A DNA stretch of 64,000 bases from Prolixibacteraceae bacterium (GCA_016931385.1 JAFGEV010000343.1:1083-65082); one strand, 5' to 3'; positions 37,745 through 47,692 are shown, counted from the first letter of the stretch. Notes: generated by a model not told the origin, from the sequence alone. Program-made: numbers and translations.

Positions 37745-38887
37745 ATGAATACAACTATAAATCAATCACTTGTGTTTACGCAGATTATTCTCTGCAGTTT
37801 TTTTATTATTGTATTTACAACAAGCAAGGTTAACCGGAAAGCCAACAACCTTGTAGCGGTTTTATTGACACTTTTTATAGCGTTTGCCTCGTTTGACCTT
37901 GTAAAGATTTTTGCCCCCGGCATTGAGCCTTACCCGGTTTACATCATCAGCTCAATAGCGTTGTTGTTGATATTTCCGGTTTTCAGCTTTTATGTTGGGG
38001 CTTTGTATAACATTTCTCATAAAAATGTTCTAATCCACTTCATTCTTCCCTTTGTTGCTTTTTTATTATTGCTTCCCGGCTTATTTACCAACTGGCCAGC
38101 CCCGGATTATTACAACAATTACCTGATTTTCATCCCTTCTTCGCGAAGCGAAACGGTTTGGGCCTATTTTATTGCAAACGATGCATTTTTTACCCTCCAG
38201 TTTTTCGTATACGCTTTAATTATTGTAAAACAAATAAAGAAGATCCGCCCGGTTCTCGAAGAAAATTTTTCGAGCATGGAGGGGAAAAAATTAAACTGGA
38301 TACTCTACCTGCTGGCAATAGTCTCGAGTATTTATATCTTTTATTTTGTAATTGAAGTTTTTACAAACTTGTCGGTTGAAGATTACGACTTTATTTATTA
38401 CATCTATTCTGTGTTACTCTTAATGGCCTTTATGTACGGGGCATATCGTCAAAACGAGTTTGCATATTTGACAGAAACCCATAAAAAAGCGGATGACGAC
38501 AAACTGCTAAACACGAATACTCAATTTAAACTATCTCCCGAAATGAGCCGTATTATCCGGCAAAACCTCGACAGGCTGGCAAAAGAAGAAAAATTCTACA
38601 CACAACGAAACCTAACCCTTCAAGAATTGGCCAAAAACCTCAATACAAATAAAAACATCGTATCGCAATACATTAACCAGAACCTGAACCAAAATTTTTA
38701 TGGTTATATAAATTCATTACGGGTTGAAGAAGCAAAAAAATTACTTTCACAGAATGAATTGGAAAAATATTCGCTTGAAGGTATCGGCTACATGGCCGGC
38801 TTTAACTCAAAAACAACGTTCAACACTGTTTTTAAAGAACAAACGGGAATGAGCCCTTCGGAGTATAAGAAAAGAATGAGTGAATGA
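37745..38887 (+). CDS. membrane-anchored AraC-family transcriptional regulator (second copy)
   Basis: Probable start MNTTINQSLVF (ORF track start 37637 adds 36 aa). Multi-TM N-domain, then C-terminal HTH_AraC (LTLQELAKNLNTNKNIVSQYIN...GFNSKTTFNTVFKEQTGMSPSEYKK). Confidence 0.8.
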   Translation: MNTTINQSLVFTQIILCSFFIIVFTTSKVNRKANNLVAVLLTLFIAFASFDLVKIFAPGIEPYPVYIISSIALLLIFPVFSFYVGALYNISHKNVLIHFILPFVAFLLLLPGLFTNWPAPDYYNNYLIFIPSSRSETVWAYFIANDAFFTLQFFVYALIIVKQIKKIRPVLEENFSSMEGKKLNWILYLLAIVSSIYIFYFVIEVFTNLSVEDYDFIYYIYSVLLLMAFMYGAYRQNEFAYLTETHKKADDDKLLNTNTQFKLSPEMSRIIRQNLDRLAKEEKFYTQRNLTLQELAKNLNTNKNIVSQYINQNLNQNFYGYINSLRVEEAKKLLSQNELEKYSLEGIGYMAGFNSKTTFNTVFKEQTGMSPSEYKKRMSE

Positions 38888-38903
38888 GTGAATGAGTGAA
38901 TTG
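38874..38903 (+). repeat. octamer tandem repeat (GAATGAGT x3.5) spanning the stop codon of the AraC gene
   Basis: gaatgagtgaatgagtgaatgagtgaattg; the TGA stop at 38885..38887 lies inside unit 2. Confidence 0.9.
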
Positions 38904-39018
38904 ACTTTAGAAATTCAGCCCACTGCACCCTTTCAAAACAGCTTTCCCAATGATTATTTTACATGAAGTTGCATAAAAGTAAACTGTGGGGTAACTTGCG
39001 ATCATTAAACAACAAACC

Positions 39019-40026
39019 ATGCACGAAGCATTACATTATACAAAACTTGAATCGAACAAAGTACAATGTTTTTTATGCCCACACCAATGCGTTATTGACG
39101 AAGGGCGTTTTGGAAACTGCAACGCGCGCCGTAACCGAAATGGCGTTTTAATGTCGGAGGTTTACGGAAAGATTGCTTCGATGGGCATGGATCCGATTGA
39201 AAAAAAACCGCTTTACCATTTTTACCCCGGAAGTGAAATACTTTCGATGGGAACTACCGGTTGCAACATGCATTGTATTTTTTGCCAGAATCACACACTA
39301 TCGCAATGTAACACACGTAACCCAGTCCCGTTTCGCAACATTTCACCCGAGGAAATGGTGAAAACTACTTTAAAAAACCATTCAAACCTGGGCATAGCAT
39401 ATACTTACAACGAACCGGGAATAAATTTTGAATATGTTGTTGACACCGCTGAAGAGGTTAAGAAAAACAACAAAAAAACAGTTTTTATAAGTAATGGTTT
39501 CATCGAGCAAAAACCACTTAATGTTCTGGTCAGTTTAATCGATGCTTTTAATATTGACTTAAAAGCGTTTAACGACACTTTTTACAAGAAGATTTCAAAA
39601 GCTTCGCTCTACCCGGTCCTTGAAACCATTAAAAAAATCGCCAAAAATGGCAACCATCTTGAAATAACCAACCTGGTTATACCCACATACAACAACGATG
39701 AAGATGAATTTGAAGAAATGTGTAAATGGATCAAAAATGAAACCGGGGAAAACACCGTACTACATCTTTCAAGGTTTTTCCCTCGATATGAACTTGATCA
39801 ATACCCTACCCCTGCCGAAATTCTTTTTCACCTTCATGACATTGCCCGTGAATACCTGAATTTTGTTTATATCGGAAATATGGCAACTGAAATATATGGC
39901 AATACACGTTGCCCGAATTGCGGAAAAACTGTAATTGAACGCACCTATTACTCGATAAAAAAAACAGCGATTGACGAAAATGGCAACTGCACTAATTGTG
40001 GCACAAATATTATAAAACACCTCTGA
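39019..40026 (+). CDS. AmmeMemoRadiSam-type radical SAM enzyme
   Basis: N-terminal Cys cluster (CFLCPHQCVIDEGRFGNCNARRN), the radical SAM motif GCNMHCIFCQN, and a C-terminal CPNCG...CTNCG. Confidence 0.8.
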   Translation: MHEALHYTKLESNKVQCFLCPHQCVIDEGRFGNCNARRNRNGVLMSEVYGKIASMGMDPIEKKPLYHFYPGSEILSMGTTGCNMHCIFCQNHTLSQCNTRNPVPFRNISPEEMVKTTLKNHSNLGIAYTYNEPGINFEYVVDTAEEVKKNNKKTVFISNGFIEQKPLNVLVSLIDAFNIDLKAFNDTFYKKISKASLYPVLETIKKIAKNGNHLEITNLVIPTYNNDEDEFEEMCKWIKNETGENTVLHLSRFFPRYELDQYPTPAEILFHLHDIAREYLNFVYIGNMATEIYGNTRCPNCGKTVIERTYYSIKKTAIDENGNCTNCGTNIIKHL

Positions 40027-40165
40027 GCCTGAATATTGAAATCAAATTTTCATCCTTCCAGTATCTTGTTTTGACGTCCCTTCAATAAATTCAAATAATC
40101 AAATATTGAATGATTAGACTGTAAAAACATAAAAAAACCTAATTTAGGGGCAAAAATCTAAATCT

Positions 40166-41041
40166 ATGATAAAATCGATGACCGGTTACGGAAAAACCGA
40201 ATGCGAACTCCCAAATAAAAAAATAACCATTGAAATTAAGTCGTTAAACAGCAAACAGCTTGATATAAACACCCGTATACCGGGCATTTATAAAGAAAAA
40301 GAAATTGAGGTACGGAAGCTCACAGGCGAGAAACTTGAAAGAGGCAAAGTTGATATCAGCATTTATTGCGAACAACATGGCGACGAAACAAATGCAATAA
40401 TAAACAAGCCCATTGTTCTCAGCTATTTTAGTCAATTAATGGATATTTATACCGAACTAGATATCGAAAGTAGCGAAAGGGCCATACAAAGTATACTAAG
40501 GCTGCCCGACTCTGTAAAAGTCGGCCACGAAGAACTTGACGAAAACGAGTGGGCCGCTATTTTGAAAAAAATAATTGAAGCCCTCAACATGGTTGATAAT
40601 TTCAGGATACAGGAGGGGAAAGCCTTGCAGGAAGATATTGTGAACCATATTCACAAAATAATTGAGTTAAAAGAAGGCCTGGCACAATACGAAACCGAAA
40701 GGATTGACAGGATTAAAAACCGCCTTACCGAAGCCTTCAATAATGCTTCAGGGAACATTCAGGTTGATAAAAACAGGTTTGAGCAGGAAATGATTTTTTA
40801 CCTTGAAAAGTTCGACATAAACGAAGAAAAGGTAAGATTGCTTAACCACTGTAATTATTTTATAGAAACCATAAACGAGCCAATGTCGTTGGGCAAAAAA
40901 CTTGGGTTCATTGCACAGGAAATTGGCCGTGAAATAAACACTCTTGGGTCAAAGGCCAACCATTCCGACATTCAGAAGATTGTGATCATCATGAAAGATG
41001 AATTGGAGAAAATTAAAGAACAATCGCTAAATATTCTATAA
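40166..41041 (+). CDS. yicC: YicC/YloC family endoribonuclease
   Basis: MIKSMTGYGK start. C-terminal GKKLGFIAQEIGREINTLGSKAN is the conserved YicC motif. Confidence 0.9.
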   Translation: MIKSMTGYGKTECELPNKKITIEIKSLNSKQLDINTRIPGIYKEKEIEVRKLTGEKLERGKVDISIYCEQHGDETNAIINKPIVLSYFSQLMDIYTELDIESSERAIQSILRLPDSVKVGHEELDENEWAAILKKIIEALNMVDNFRIQEGKALQEDIVNHIHKIIELKEGLAQYETERIDRIKNRLTEAFNNASGNIQVDKNRFEQEMIFYLEKFDINEEKVRLLNHCNYFIETINEPMSLGKKLGFIAQEIGREINTLGSKANHSDIQKIVIIMKDELEKIKEQSLNIL

Positions 41042-41056
41042 TTACTCATTTAAAAT

Positions 41057-41629
41057 ATGAAGGGAAAATTATTCATATTTTCAGCGCCTTCGGGATCAGG
41101 AAAAACGACCATTGTTAAACACTTGTTATCTAAAGAATATAACCTCGCGTTTTCTGTATCGGCCACCAGCAGACCCCCCCGGGGAAATGAAAAAAACGGC
41201 ATCGACTACTATTTCCTTTCCACTGAAGAGTTCAGGTATAGAATTGAAAATAATGAGTTTCTCGAATGGGAGGAAGTTTATCAGGGCACATATTACGGAA
41301 CCCTGAAAAGCGAAGTTGAACGATTGCGCAATGAAGGTAAGCATGTAATTTTTGACGTTGATGTGGTTGGAGGCTGCAATATAAAAAAACATTACGGAAG
41401 TGATTCACTTGCTGTGTTTGTTAAACCACCCTCGGTTGAAGAATTGCGTAAAAGACTCGAAGCACGGTCGACCGACAATAGAAAAGTAATTGAAACACGC
41501 ATTGCAAAAGCAGAATATGAGTTAACATTTGAACCGCAATTTGATGTTGTGCTGATTAATGAAAACCTTGAAGAAGCATTCAGAAAAGCTGAAAAAATAG
41601 TGCAGCAATTCCTGGAAACTGGCAATTAG
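41057..41629 (+). CDS. gmk: guanylate kinase
   Basis: FSAPSGSGKTT P-loop, SATSRPPRGNEKNGIDYYF, and YYGT. Confidence 0.95.
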   Translation: MKGKLFIFSAPSGSGKTTIVKHLLSKEYNLAFSVSATSRPPRGNEKNGIDYYFLSTEEFRYRIENNEFLEWEEVYQGTYYGTLKSEVERLRNEGKHVIFDVDVVGGCNIKKHYGSDSLAVFVKPPSVEELRKRLEARSTDNRKVIETRIAKAEYELTFEPQFDVVLINENLEEAFRKAEKIVQQFLETGN

Positions 41630-41705
41630 GTGCTGGGTACTGGGTACTGGGTGCTGGGTACTGGGTGCTGGGTAGTGGAATTTGGAATTTGGAATTTGGA
41701 ATTTT
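41629..41705 (+). repeat. 11 tandem heptamers filling the gmk-nadD spacer (GGTRCTG x7 then GAATTTG x4)
   Basis: 77 nt = 11 x 7. It starts on the last base of the gmk TAG and ends 1 nt before the nadD ATG. It creates six GGG tracts spaced by 4 nt. Confidence 0.95.
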
Positions 41706-41706
41706 C

Positions 41707-42279
41707 ATGAAAGTAGGCTTATTTTTCGGATCGTTTAACCCTGTCCATATCGGGCATATGGCAATTGCAAACTATATAATCGAATATAGTGGAATCGACC
41801 GTTTATGGTTTGTTGTGAGCCCTCAAAATCCATTAAAAAAGAAAAAAAGCCTGGCCAACGATTACGACCGTCTCGAAATGGTGAACCTGGCCATTGACAA
41901 CGACATAAGATTTTTGGCCTGCGATATTGAATTCCGACTGCCAAAACCTTCGTATACCATAAATACACTTACTTATCTTAAAGAAAAACACCCCAGCTAT
42001 TCATTCGTACCGATCATGGGCGCCGATAATATTGTAAACCTTCACAAATGGAAAAACTTTGAAATATTGGTACGTGATTATGAGTTTATTGTTTACCCCC
42101 GACCGGGTTTTAATGTTGAAAATATGAAAATAAGTGCAAACTATTTTATGGTCGAAGCACCATTAATGGAAATATCATCCACCTTCATACGAAAGGCAGT
42201 TGCCAATAATATGGATGTAAGGTTCTTTCTACCTCCAAAAGTTTATGAATATATTTCGAATAAACACATTTATAAATAA
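41707..42279 (+). CDS. nadD: nicotinate-nucleotide adenylyltransferase
   Basis: True start MKVGLFFGSFNPVHIGH at ATG 41707. The ORF track start 41665 merely translates the heptamer array. Also contains ISSTFIR. Confidence 0.92.
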   Translation: MKVGLFFGSFNPVHIGHMAIANYIIEYSGIDRLWFVVSPQNPLKKKKSLANDYDRLEMVNLAIDNDIRFLACDIEFRLPKPSYTINTLTYLKEKHPSYSFVPIMGADNIVNLHKWKNFEILVRDYEFIVYPRPGFNVENMKISANYFMVEAPLMEISSTFIRKAVANNMDVRFFLPPKVYEYISNKHIYK

Positions 42280-42381
42280 ACTTGACATGGTTTTTATAGT
42301 CAATCAATACTCTCAGGCATTTTATGTTTTGTCATTCTAAAAAAAAAACTTTTTTTGTAAAAAAATCTAACAACATTTTAT

Positions 42382-44097
42382 ATGGATTATTCACTTCTTG
42401 ACTTTCTGAAACTGATTGGTTCGCTTGGTTTTTTTCTCTATGGAATGAAACTTATGAGCGAATCGCTTCAAAAAGTGGCTGGTGAAAAAATGCGAGATAT
42501 ACTCAGGGCAATGACATCAAACCGTTTTCGTGGAGTTTTAACCGGTTTGCTGATAACAGCAATAATCCAAAGTTCTTCGGCTACAACAGTAATGATTGTA
42601 AGCTTTGTCAATGCAGGTTTGCTAACCCTGGTCCAATCAATTGGGGTTATTATGGGAGCTAATATTGGAACAACTGTAACCGCCTGGCTAATTTCCATAC
42701 TGGGTTTCAAAATTGACATTAGTGTATTCGCCCTCCCATTAATTGGGTTAAGCCTGCCTTTGATTTTTTCAAAAGCATCCAGACTTCGTTCAATCGGAGA
42801 GCTAATCGTAGGATTTTCAATGATATTTTTAGGTTTATCATTTTTAAACAGCTCTGTGCCTGATATTAATAATAATCCTGATATTCTTGAATTTTTTTCA
42901 AGTTATTCTTCATCCGGTTTTTGGTCTATATTATTTTTTCTGGCAGTTGGAACAGTTTTTACCCTAATAATTCAATCATCAAGTGCTGCCATGGCCCTCA
43001 CGCTGGTAATGTGTTACCAGGGTTGGATAGGTTTTGATATGGCAATTGCAATGGTACTTGGACAAAATATTGGAACAACAATAACCGCAAACCTTGCTGC
43101 CCTGGTCACAAATGCAACCGCAAAACAAGCTGCAATTTCACACTTTTTTTTCAATGTATTTGGCGTTATTCTGGCTCTCATATTATTTAAGCCCTTCGAA
43201 AACATGGTTCTGGGAATTATGAGTATTTTGAACCTGAACCTGCCGGTTTCTTCCAATGGGCAAACAGTGCAACAAGCGAATGAAGCAATACCAATTGCCC
43301 TTTCAATTTATCATACCATTTTTAACATATCAAATACCTTGTTGTTGATTTGGTTTGTACCTCAGATTGCTCAAATTGTAAAGAAAATTGTACCTACAAA
43401 AGATGAAGATGATGAAATATTCAGGCTAAGGTACATTAATTCACCTTTAGTATCGGTGAACGAAATTTCAATAATTCAGGCAAAAAATGAATTATCTGTT
43501 TTTATTGAACGAACAAAAAAAATGTATGGTTTGGTTAAGGATTTATATAACGAGACCAAACCTTCCAAAATAGAAAAGAACATTCAGAAAATCAGAAAGT
43601 ATGAAGAAATTGCTGACCGTATTGATGAAGAATTAACCACTTTCCTTTCGAAAATATCCATTAACGATCCAAGCAAAAATACTTCTGAAAACTCGAACCT
43701 GATGCTCAGACTCGTCAGCCGAATTGAAAGCATTAACGATTCATGTTCATCAATGGCTGAATATATATATATCAGGAAGACAAAAAAAATGAAGTTTAAT
43801 CCGGAAATGGAATCCAGACTGAAACAGTTATTTTCAATGATAGATGTTCTTTTCTCAGACTTGAACATTGAAATAAACAAAAACATTGCGCCAATAAATA
43901 TTGAACTTGAAAGGGAACGCCGGGATGAAATAGAAACCTATGTGGAAAAATTGAATGTACAACACCTGAAAGATATTAAGAAAGGTATTTACAAGCCCAA
44001 AAGCGGGATTATTTATTGCGACCTGTTCAATGAAGGAGAAATTGTCGGAAACCATATTTATCACTCCCTAAAATACATGCATGACTTAAAATTATAA
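42382..44097 (+). CDS. Na/Pi cotransporter family protein with PhoU-like C-terminal domain
   Basis: Duplicated QSSSATT.../GANIGTT(V/I)TA motifs and a helical C-terminal domain. Confidence 0.88.
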   Translation: MDYSLLDFLKLIGSLGFFLYGMKLMSESLQKVAGEKMRDILRAMTSNRFRGVLTGLLITAIIQSSSATTVMIVSFVNAGLLTLVQSIGVIMGANIGTTVTAWLISILGFKIDISVFALPLIGLSLPLIFSKASRLRSIGELIVGFSMIFLGLSFLNSSVPDINNNPDILEFFSSYSSSGFWSILFFLAVGTVFTLIIQSSSAAMALTLVMCYQGWIGFDMAIAMVLGQNIGTTITANLAALVTNATAKQAAISHFFFNVFGVILALILFKPFENMVLGIMSILNLNLPVSSNGQTVQQANEAIPIALSIYHTIFNISNTLLLIWFVPQIAQIVKKIVPTKDEDDEIFRLRYINSPLVSVNEISIIQAKNELSVFIERTKKMYGLVKDLYNETKPSKIEKNIQKIRKYEEIADRIDEELTTFLSKISINDPSKNTSENSNLMLRLVSRIESINDSCSSMAEYIYIRKTKKMKFNPEMESRLKQLFSMIDVLFSDLNIEINKNIAPINIELERERRDEIETYVEKLNVQHLKDIKKGIYKPKSGIIYCDLFNEGEIVGNHIYHSLKYMHDLKL

Positions 44098-44102
44098 ATT
44101 AA

Positions 44103-44975
44103 ATGGCAATAACAAATCGAACAGCACTTATAACAGGAGCAACATCAGGAATAGGTAAAACACTAGCCTGTTCCCTGGGCAATATGGGTTTTACTGTTAT
44201 TGCCACGGCCCGGAATATGGAAAAGGGAGAAGGCCTGATAAAATTCTTTGAGGAAAATTACCCTCAGCATCTTGGCAAAATTGAAATACTGTATTGCGAC
44301 ATGTCATCATTCGAATCGGTACAAAACGCAGTAAAGGTTTTCGGCGAAAAGCATACTCACCTGGATTTATTAATTAACAATGCCGGGACGTTTAACCGCC
44401 GTTTAAATCTTTCAAAAAACAATATCGAAGAAACTTTACAGGTGAACCTGCTTTCCCCTTTGCTACTTACCCACCTGCTTCTTGATACTATTGGCTCATC
44501 ACCCGACGGGCGTGTAATATTCACAACTTCGTTGTTGCATTTTGGACGAATAAATTTTAACGACATTGAAGGAAGAAAACGCTATTTTAGTTTCAATGCT
44601 TACCGGCAAACAAAACTTGGACTCATTCTTGCAACAAGGCATCTTGCATGTCTTTCGAAGGGTTCTTCAACCGGATACTATTCTTACCACCCTGGTATTG
44701 TAAGCACAAATCTGGGATCGAAATCGATGAAGGTTTTTAAATTTGGGTTGTCGTTGCTGGGTATGTCTCCCCAAAAAGGTGCTGAAACTGCAGTATTTTT
44801 AGCAACTGCCCAAAGGGAGACCTTAAAATCGGGCGAATACTATTTTCGCAATAAAATAAAGCGATCAATGCCTCATAGTACCAATATGAAAATGGCAAAT
44901 AAATTAATGGAAGTATCGCATCAGTACCTCAAAGATTATATCAGGGAGCCCGAAGGGATTTTGTGGGAAAGCTAA
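44103..44975 (+). CDS. SDR-family oxidoreductase
   Basis: TGATSGIGK Rossmann motif, NNAG, and a YxxxK-type region (YRQTK). Confidence 0.88.
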   Translation: MAITNRTALITGATSGIGKTLACSLGNMGFTVIATARNMEKGEGLIKFFEENYPQHLGKIEILYCDMSSFESVQNAVKVFGEKHTHLDLLINNAGTFNRRLNLSKNNIEETLQVNLLSPLLLTHLLLDTIGSSPDGRVIFTTSLLHFGRINFNDIEGRKRYFSFNAYRQTKLGLILATRHLACLSKGSSTGYYSYHPGIVSTNLGSKSMKVFKFGLSLLGMSPQKGAETAVFLATAQRETLKSGEYYFRNKIKRSMPHSTNMKMANKLMEVSHQYLKDYIREPEGILWES

Positions 44976-44994
44976 CATTACGATCAGATATTAT

Positions 44995-46338
44995 TTACCA
45001 TTTCAGGGCAAACACTGTTTTTCCTTTTCTCGAATGGTAATTCAGGCTACCCCCATGTGCCCTCAAAATCTGTCGTGAGTAGCTTAAGCCAATTCCCGAT
45101 CCATTTTCTTTGGTGGTAAAAAACGGGATAAAAATTTCATCTTTAATTTCATCAGGTATGCCGATGCCGTTATCGCTTACAATTATTTCAACTATATCCC
45201 CATTCATCGTTGCTTCAATTTCAACTTTACCGTCAAGTTCACCAACCAGCGCTTCAAGAGCGTTTTTTACCAGGTTAACAACAACCTGAACCATCATCTG
45301 TTCATCGGCAAAAAAATGAAAATCCTTTTCAGGTATTTTGAACAAAACTTCACCCTGGAATTCCTCTCGGAGCGGGGAAATCAGGATATTTAACCTGTCG
45401 AAAAATGAATGAATGCTAATTGACTGTTTTTTAGGCTCAGGTACTTTTGTCAAAACACGGTACGAGCGTACAAAACGTATCAATGCTTCTCCCCTTTCAC
45501 CAATTACATCAAGCCCCCCGATTGTGCTATCAACATCATCATCGTCAATAAAAGCCGGATCATTTTTAACACGTTCCTTCCAAATACTCTTTAGCGATTG
45601 TGCAATAGAGGTTACCGGTGTAAGTGAATTCATTATTTCATGGCTTAATACCCTGATAAGCTTAACCCATGAATCAATTTCCTTTTTCTCAAGTTCACCC
45701 CTGATATCCTGCAGTGTCATTAATTTCACCCTTTCTTCTTTTACCACAATTTCCGAACACCGTGTAATAACCTGAACGGTTTCGTTGCCTTTTCTTAAAA
45801 AAAGCATTTGTTGCTGACGGTTTCCAACTTTTGAAAACTCTTCCCTGAAACGCGGATCAATTCTGTCGAGTTGCAGGACATGGGTAAAAGTACTAAGGCC
45901 TAACAAGTCGAGAGCTGCAGGATTTACATCGTTTATAAACCCTTTCCCGTTAACCACAACAACCCCGGTTGCTATATTTTGTAGTATCTCGCTAAAGTAA
46001 CGCTCCCTAATCTGGTTTTTCAATTTGGTTTGCTGCAATACAGCATTCAGCTCATTCAGGCTTTTATGCAGTTCATTTATAATTTTATTGCCGCTTTTAA
46101 CAGGAAAACGCAAAATTGTATCTTCATTTTTAATGGCCTGAATAAAATAATTTATCTGTTCGTTTGTTGAATTCAGCATGCGAACAAAAGCTATGACAGT
46201 AAAGAATTCAATACAGGCAAAAAGTATTATCAAAAAGATCGATTTGTTGCTGGCAGCAAAAAAACCGATGGCAATAGCCAGGACAACTACCACTACGATG
46301 TAAGAAAAAAGCATACGGTTAAAGTGCCTGTAAGCCAT
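44995..46338 (-). CDS. sensor histidine kinase (NtrB/AtoS-like)
   Basis: Two N-terminal TM helices, a PAS-like segment, the H-box LIRVLSHEIMNSLTPV, and an ATPase domain (DNGIGIP, GSGIGLS). Confidence 0.9.
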   Translation of the reverse strand: MAYRHFNRMLFSYIVVVVVLAIAIGFFAASNKSIFLIILFACIEFFTVIAFVRMLNSTNEQINYFIQAIKNEDTILRFPVKSGNKIINELHKSLNELNAVLQQTKLKNQIRERYFSEILQNIATGVVVVNGKGFINDVNPAALDLLGLSTFTHVLQLDRIDPRFREEFSKVGNRQQQMLFLRKGNETVQVITRCSEIVVKEERVKLMTLQDIRGELEKKEIDSWVKLIRVLSHEIMNSLTPVTSIAQSLKSIWKERVKNDPAFIDDDDVDSTIGGLDVIGERGEALIRFVRSYRVLTKVPEPKKQSISIHSFFDRLNILISPLREEFQGEVLFKIPEKDFHFFADEQMMVQVVVNLVKNALEALVGELDGKVEIEATMNGDIVEIIVSDNGIGIPDEIKDEIFIPFFTTKENGSGIGLSYSRQILRAHGGSLNYHSRKGKTVFALKW

Positions 46339-47692
46339 ACCTTTTTATTTTGTTATACAATGTTTGGCGAGTAATGCCCAGTTGGCCGGCAACTGCGGTT
46401 AAATTCCCACCTTGTTTTTTCAAGGCAGCGTTTATAAGTTTCTTTTCCATATCTTCGAGTGTTGACTCTGCAAATATGGGATTCGTATTGGGTTCATTTT
46501 TGAATAAAAATTCAGAAGGCCCAAGTATTTTTTCATCACATAATATTATTGCCTTTTCTATTGCGTGTTGCAATTCCCTCACGTTGCCAGGCCAATGATA
46601 GTTTATCATTTTCTTCACAGCTTCATCTGATATTTTAATACCCTCTTTATGATATTTAAATGAATATTTTTGAAGAAAAAAATCTGCCAGTACCGGTATA
46701 TCTGTTTTACGGGCTCTGAGTGGAGGCAATTCTATTTGTATGGTGTTAATCCGGTAAAGCAGGTCTTCCCTGAAAGTTCCCTCACCAACACGTTTTATCA
46801 AATCGCAGTTGGTAGCTGAAATTAAACGTATATCAACATCGAAGGGAATATTTTCACCAACGCGTGTAACTTTCCGGCTCTGTAAAACATTTAAAAGCTT
46901 AGCCTGCATTGCCATTGGCAGGTTTCCAATTTCATCGAGAAACAATGTACCCTCGCTTGCGGTCTCAATCTTTCCTGTCCTGTTGGAATGTGCATCGGTA
47001 AAAGCCCCCTTTTTATGTCCAAAAAGTTCACTTTCGAACAACGACTCAGTAATTGAGCCCATATCCACTGTAACCATTACCTTTTTTGAGCGCTGCGATA
47101 AACGGTGGATTTCTCTTGCTATCATCTCCTTTCCAGTGCCGTTTTCACCTGTAATTAAAACATTTGCATCGGTAATTGCAACTTTTTTCACCAGCTCAAT
47201 TATTTCCATCCATTCTGGTGATGAACCAATCAGGTTTTTATCTGTACGGTTAATTTCTGCTATCAGCTGTGATTCCTTAATCTGTAACTTTTTGACCTCT
47301 GCTTTCGACTTGCTTAAACGGAAGGCAGATTCAATGGTCACCAACATTTTTTCGTTTTCCCAGGGTTTCAGGACAAAATCAGCAGCCCCCATTCTCACGG
47401 CTTTAACGGCAAGCTCAACATCTCCATAAGCTGTTATCATTACCACACTTATTGCCTGGTCGACTTCCAAAACCCGCTGCAGCCAATAAATTCCTTCATT
47501 CCCGGTGTTGATTCCTGCCTTAAAATTCATGTCGAGCAAAAGAACATCGTATGGCCTGCTTTGAAGTTCAGTAATCAATAAATTGGGCGAACTTATGCAT
47601 TTAAGGAATTGACACCTTCCTTTGAGTAATAATTCCAATGCACTTAGTACACTTTTATTATCATCTACTACAAGTATTTTTGATTCCTTCAT
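46319..47692 (-). CDS. sigma-54-dependent response regulator (NtrC family)
   Basis: Receiver (ILVVDDN..LLDMNF), AAA+ domain (GENGTGKE, GAFTDA variant of the GAFTGA sigma-54 contact loop, FREDLLYR) and a C-terminal Fis-type HTH (AAGQLGITRQTLYNKIKRYG). Confidence 0.93.
   Translation of the reverse strand: MKESKILVVDDNKSVLSALELLLKGRCQFLKCISSPNLLITELQSRPYDVLLLDMNFKAGINTGNEGIYWLQRVLEVDQAISVVMITAYGDVELAVKAVRMGAADFVLKPWENEKMLVTIESAFRLSKSKAEVKKLQIKESQLIAEINRTDKNLIGSSPEWMEIIELVKKVAITDANVLITGENGTGKEMIAREIHRLSQRSKKVMVTVDMGSITESLFESELFGHKKGAFTDAHSNRTGKIETASEGTLFLDEIGNLPMAMQAKLLNVLQSRKVTRVGENIPFDVDIRLISATNCDLIKRVGEGTFREDLLYRINTIQIELPPLRARKTDIPVLADFFLQKYSFKYHKEGIKISDEAVKKMINYHWPGNVRELQHAIEKAIILCDEKILGPSEFLFKNEPNTNPIFAESTLEDMEKKLINAALKKQGGNLTAVAGQLGITRQTLYNKIKRYGLQAL

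Noticed and set aside
41629-41705. Possibility that the short tandem repeat blocks (also 20579, 24250, 49337, 50764) are CRISPR arrays
   Set aside because: The units are only 6-8 nt and directly abutting. There are no unique spacers and no cas genes in the window.
41665-41706. N-terminal extension of the nadD ORF (MLGSGIWNLEFGIF)
   Set aside because: It is merely the translation of the heptamer array. The conserved NadD N-terminus begins at ATG 41707.
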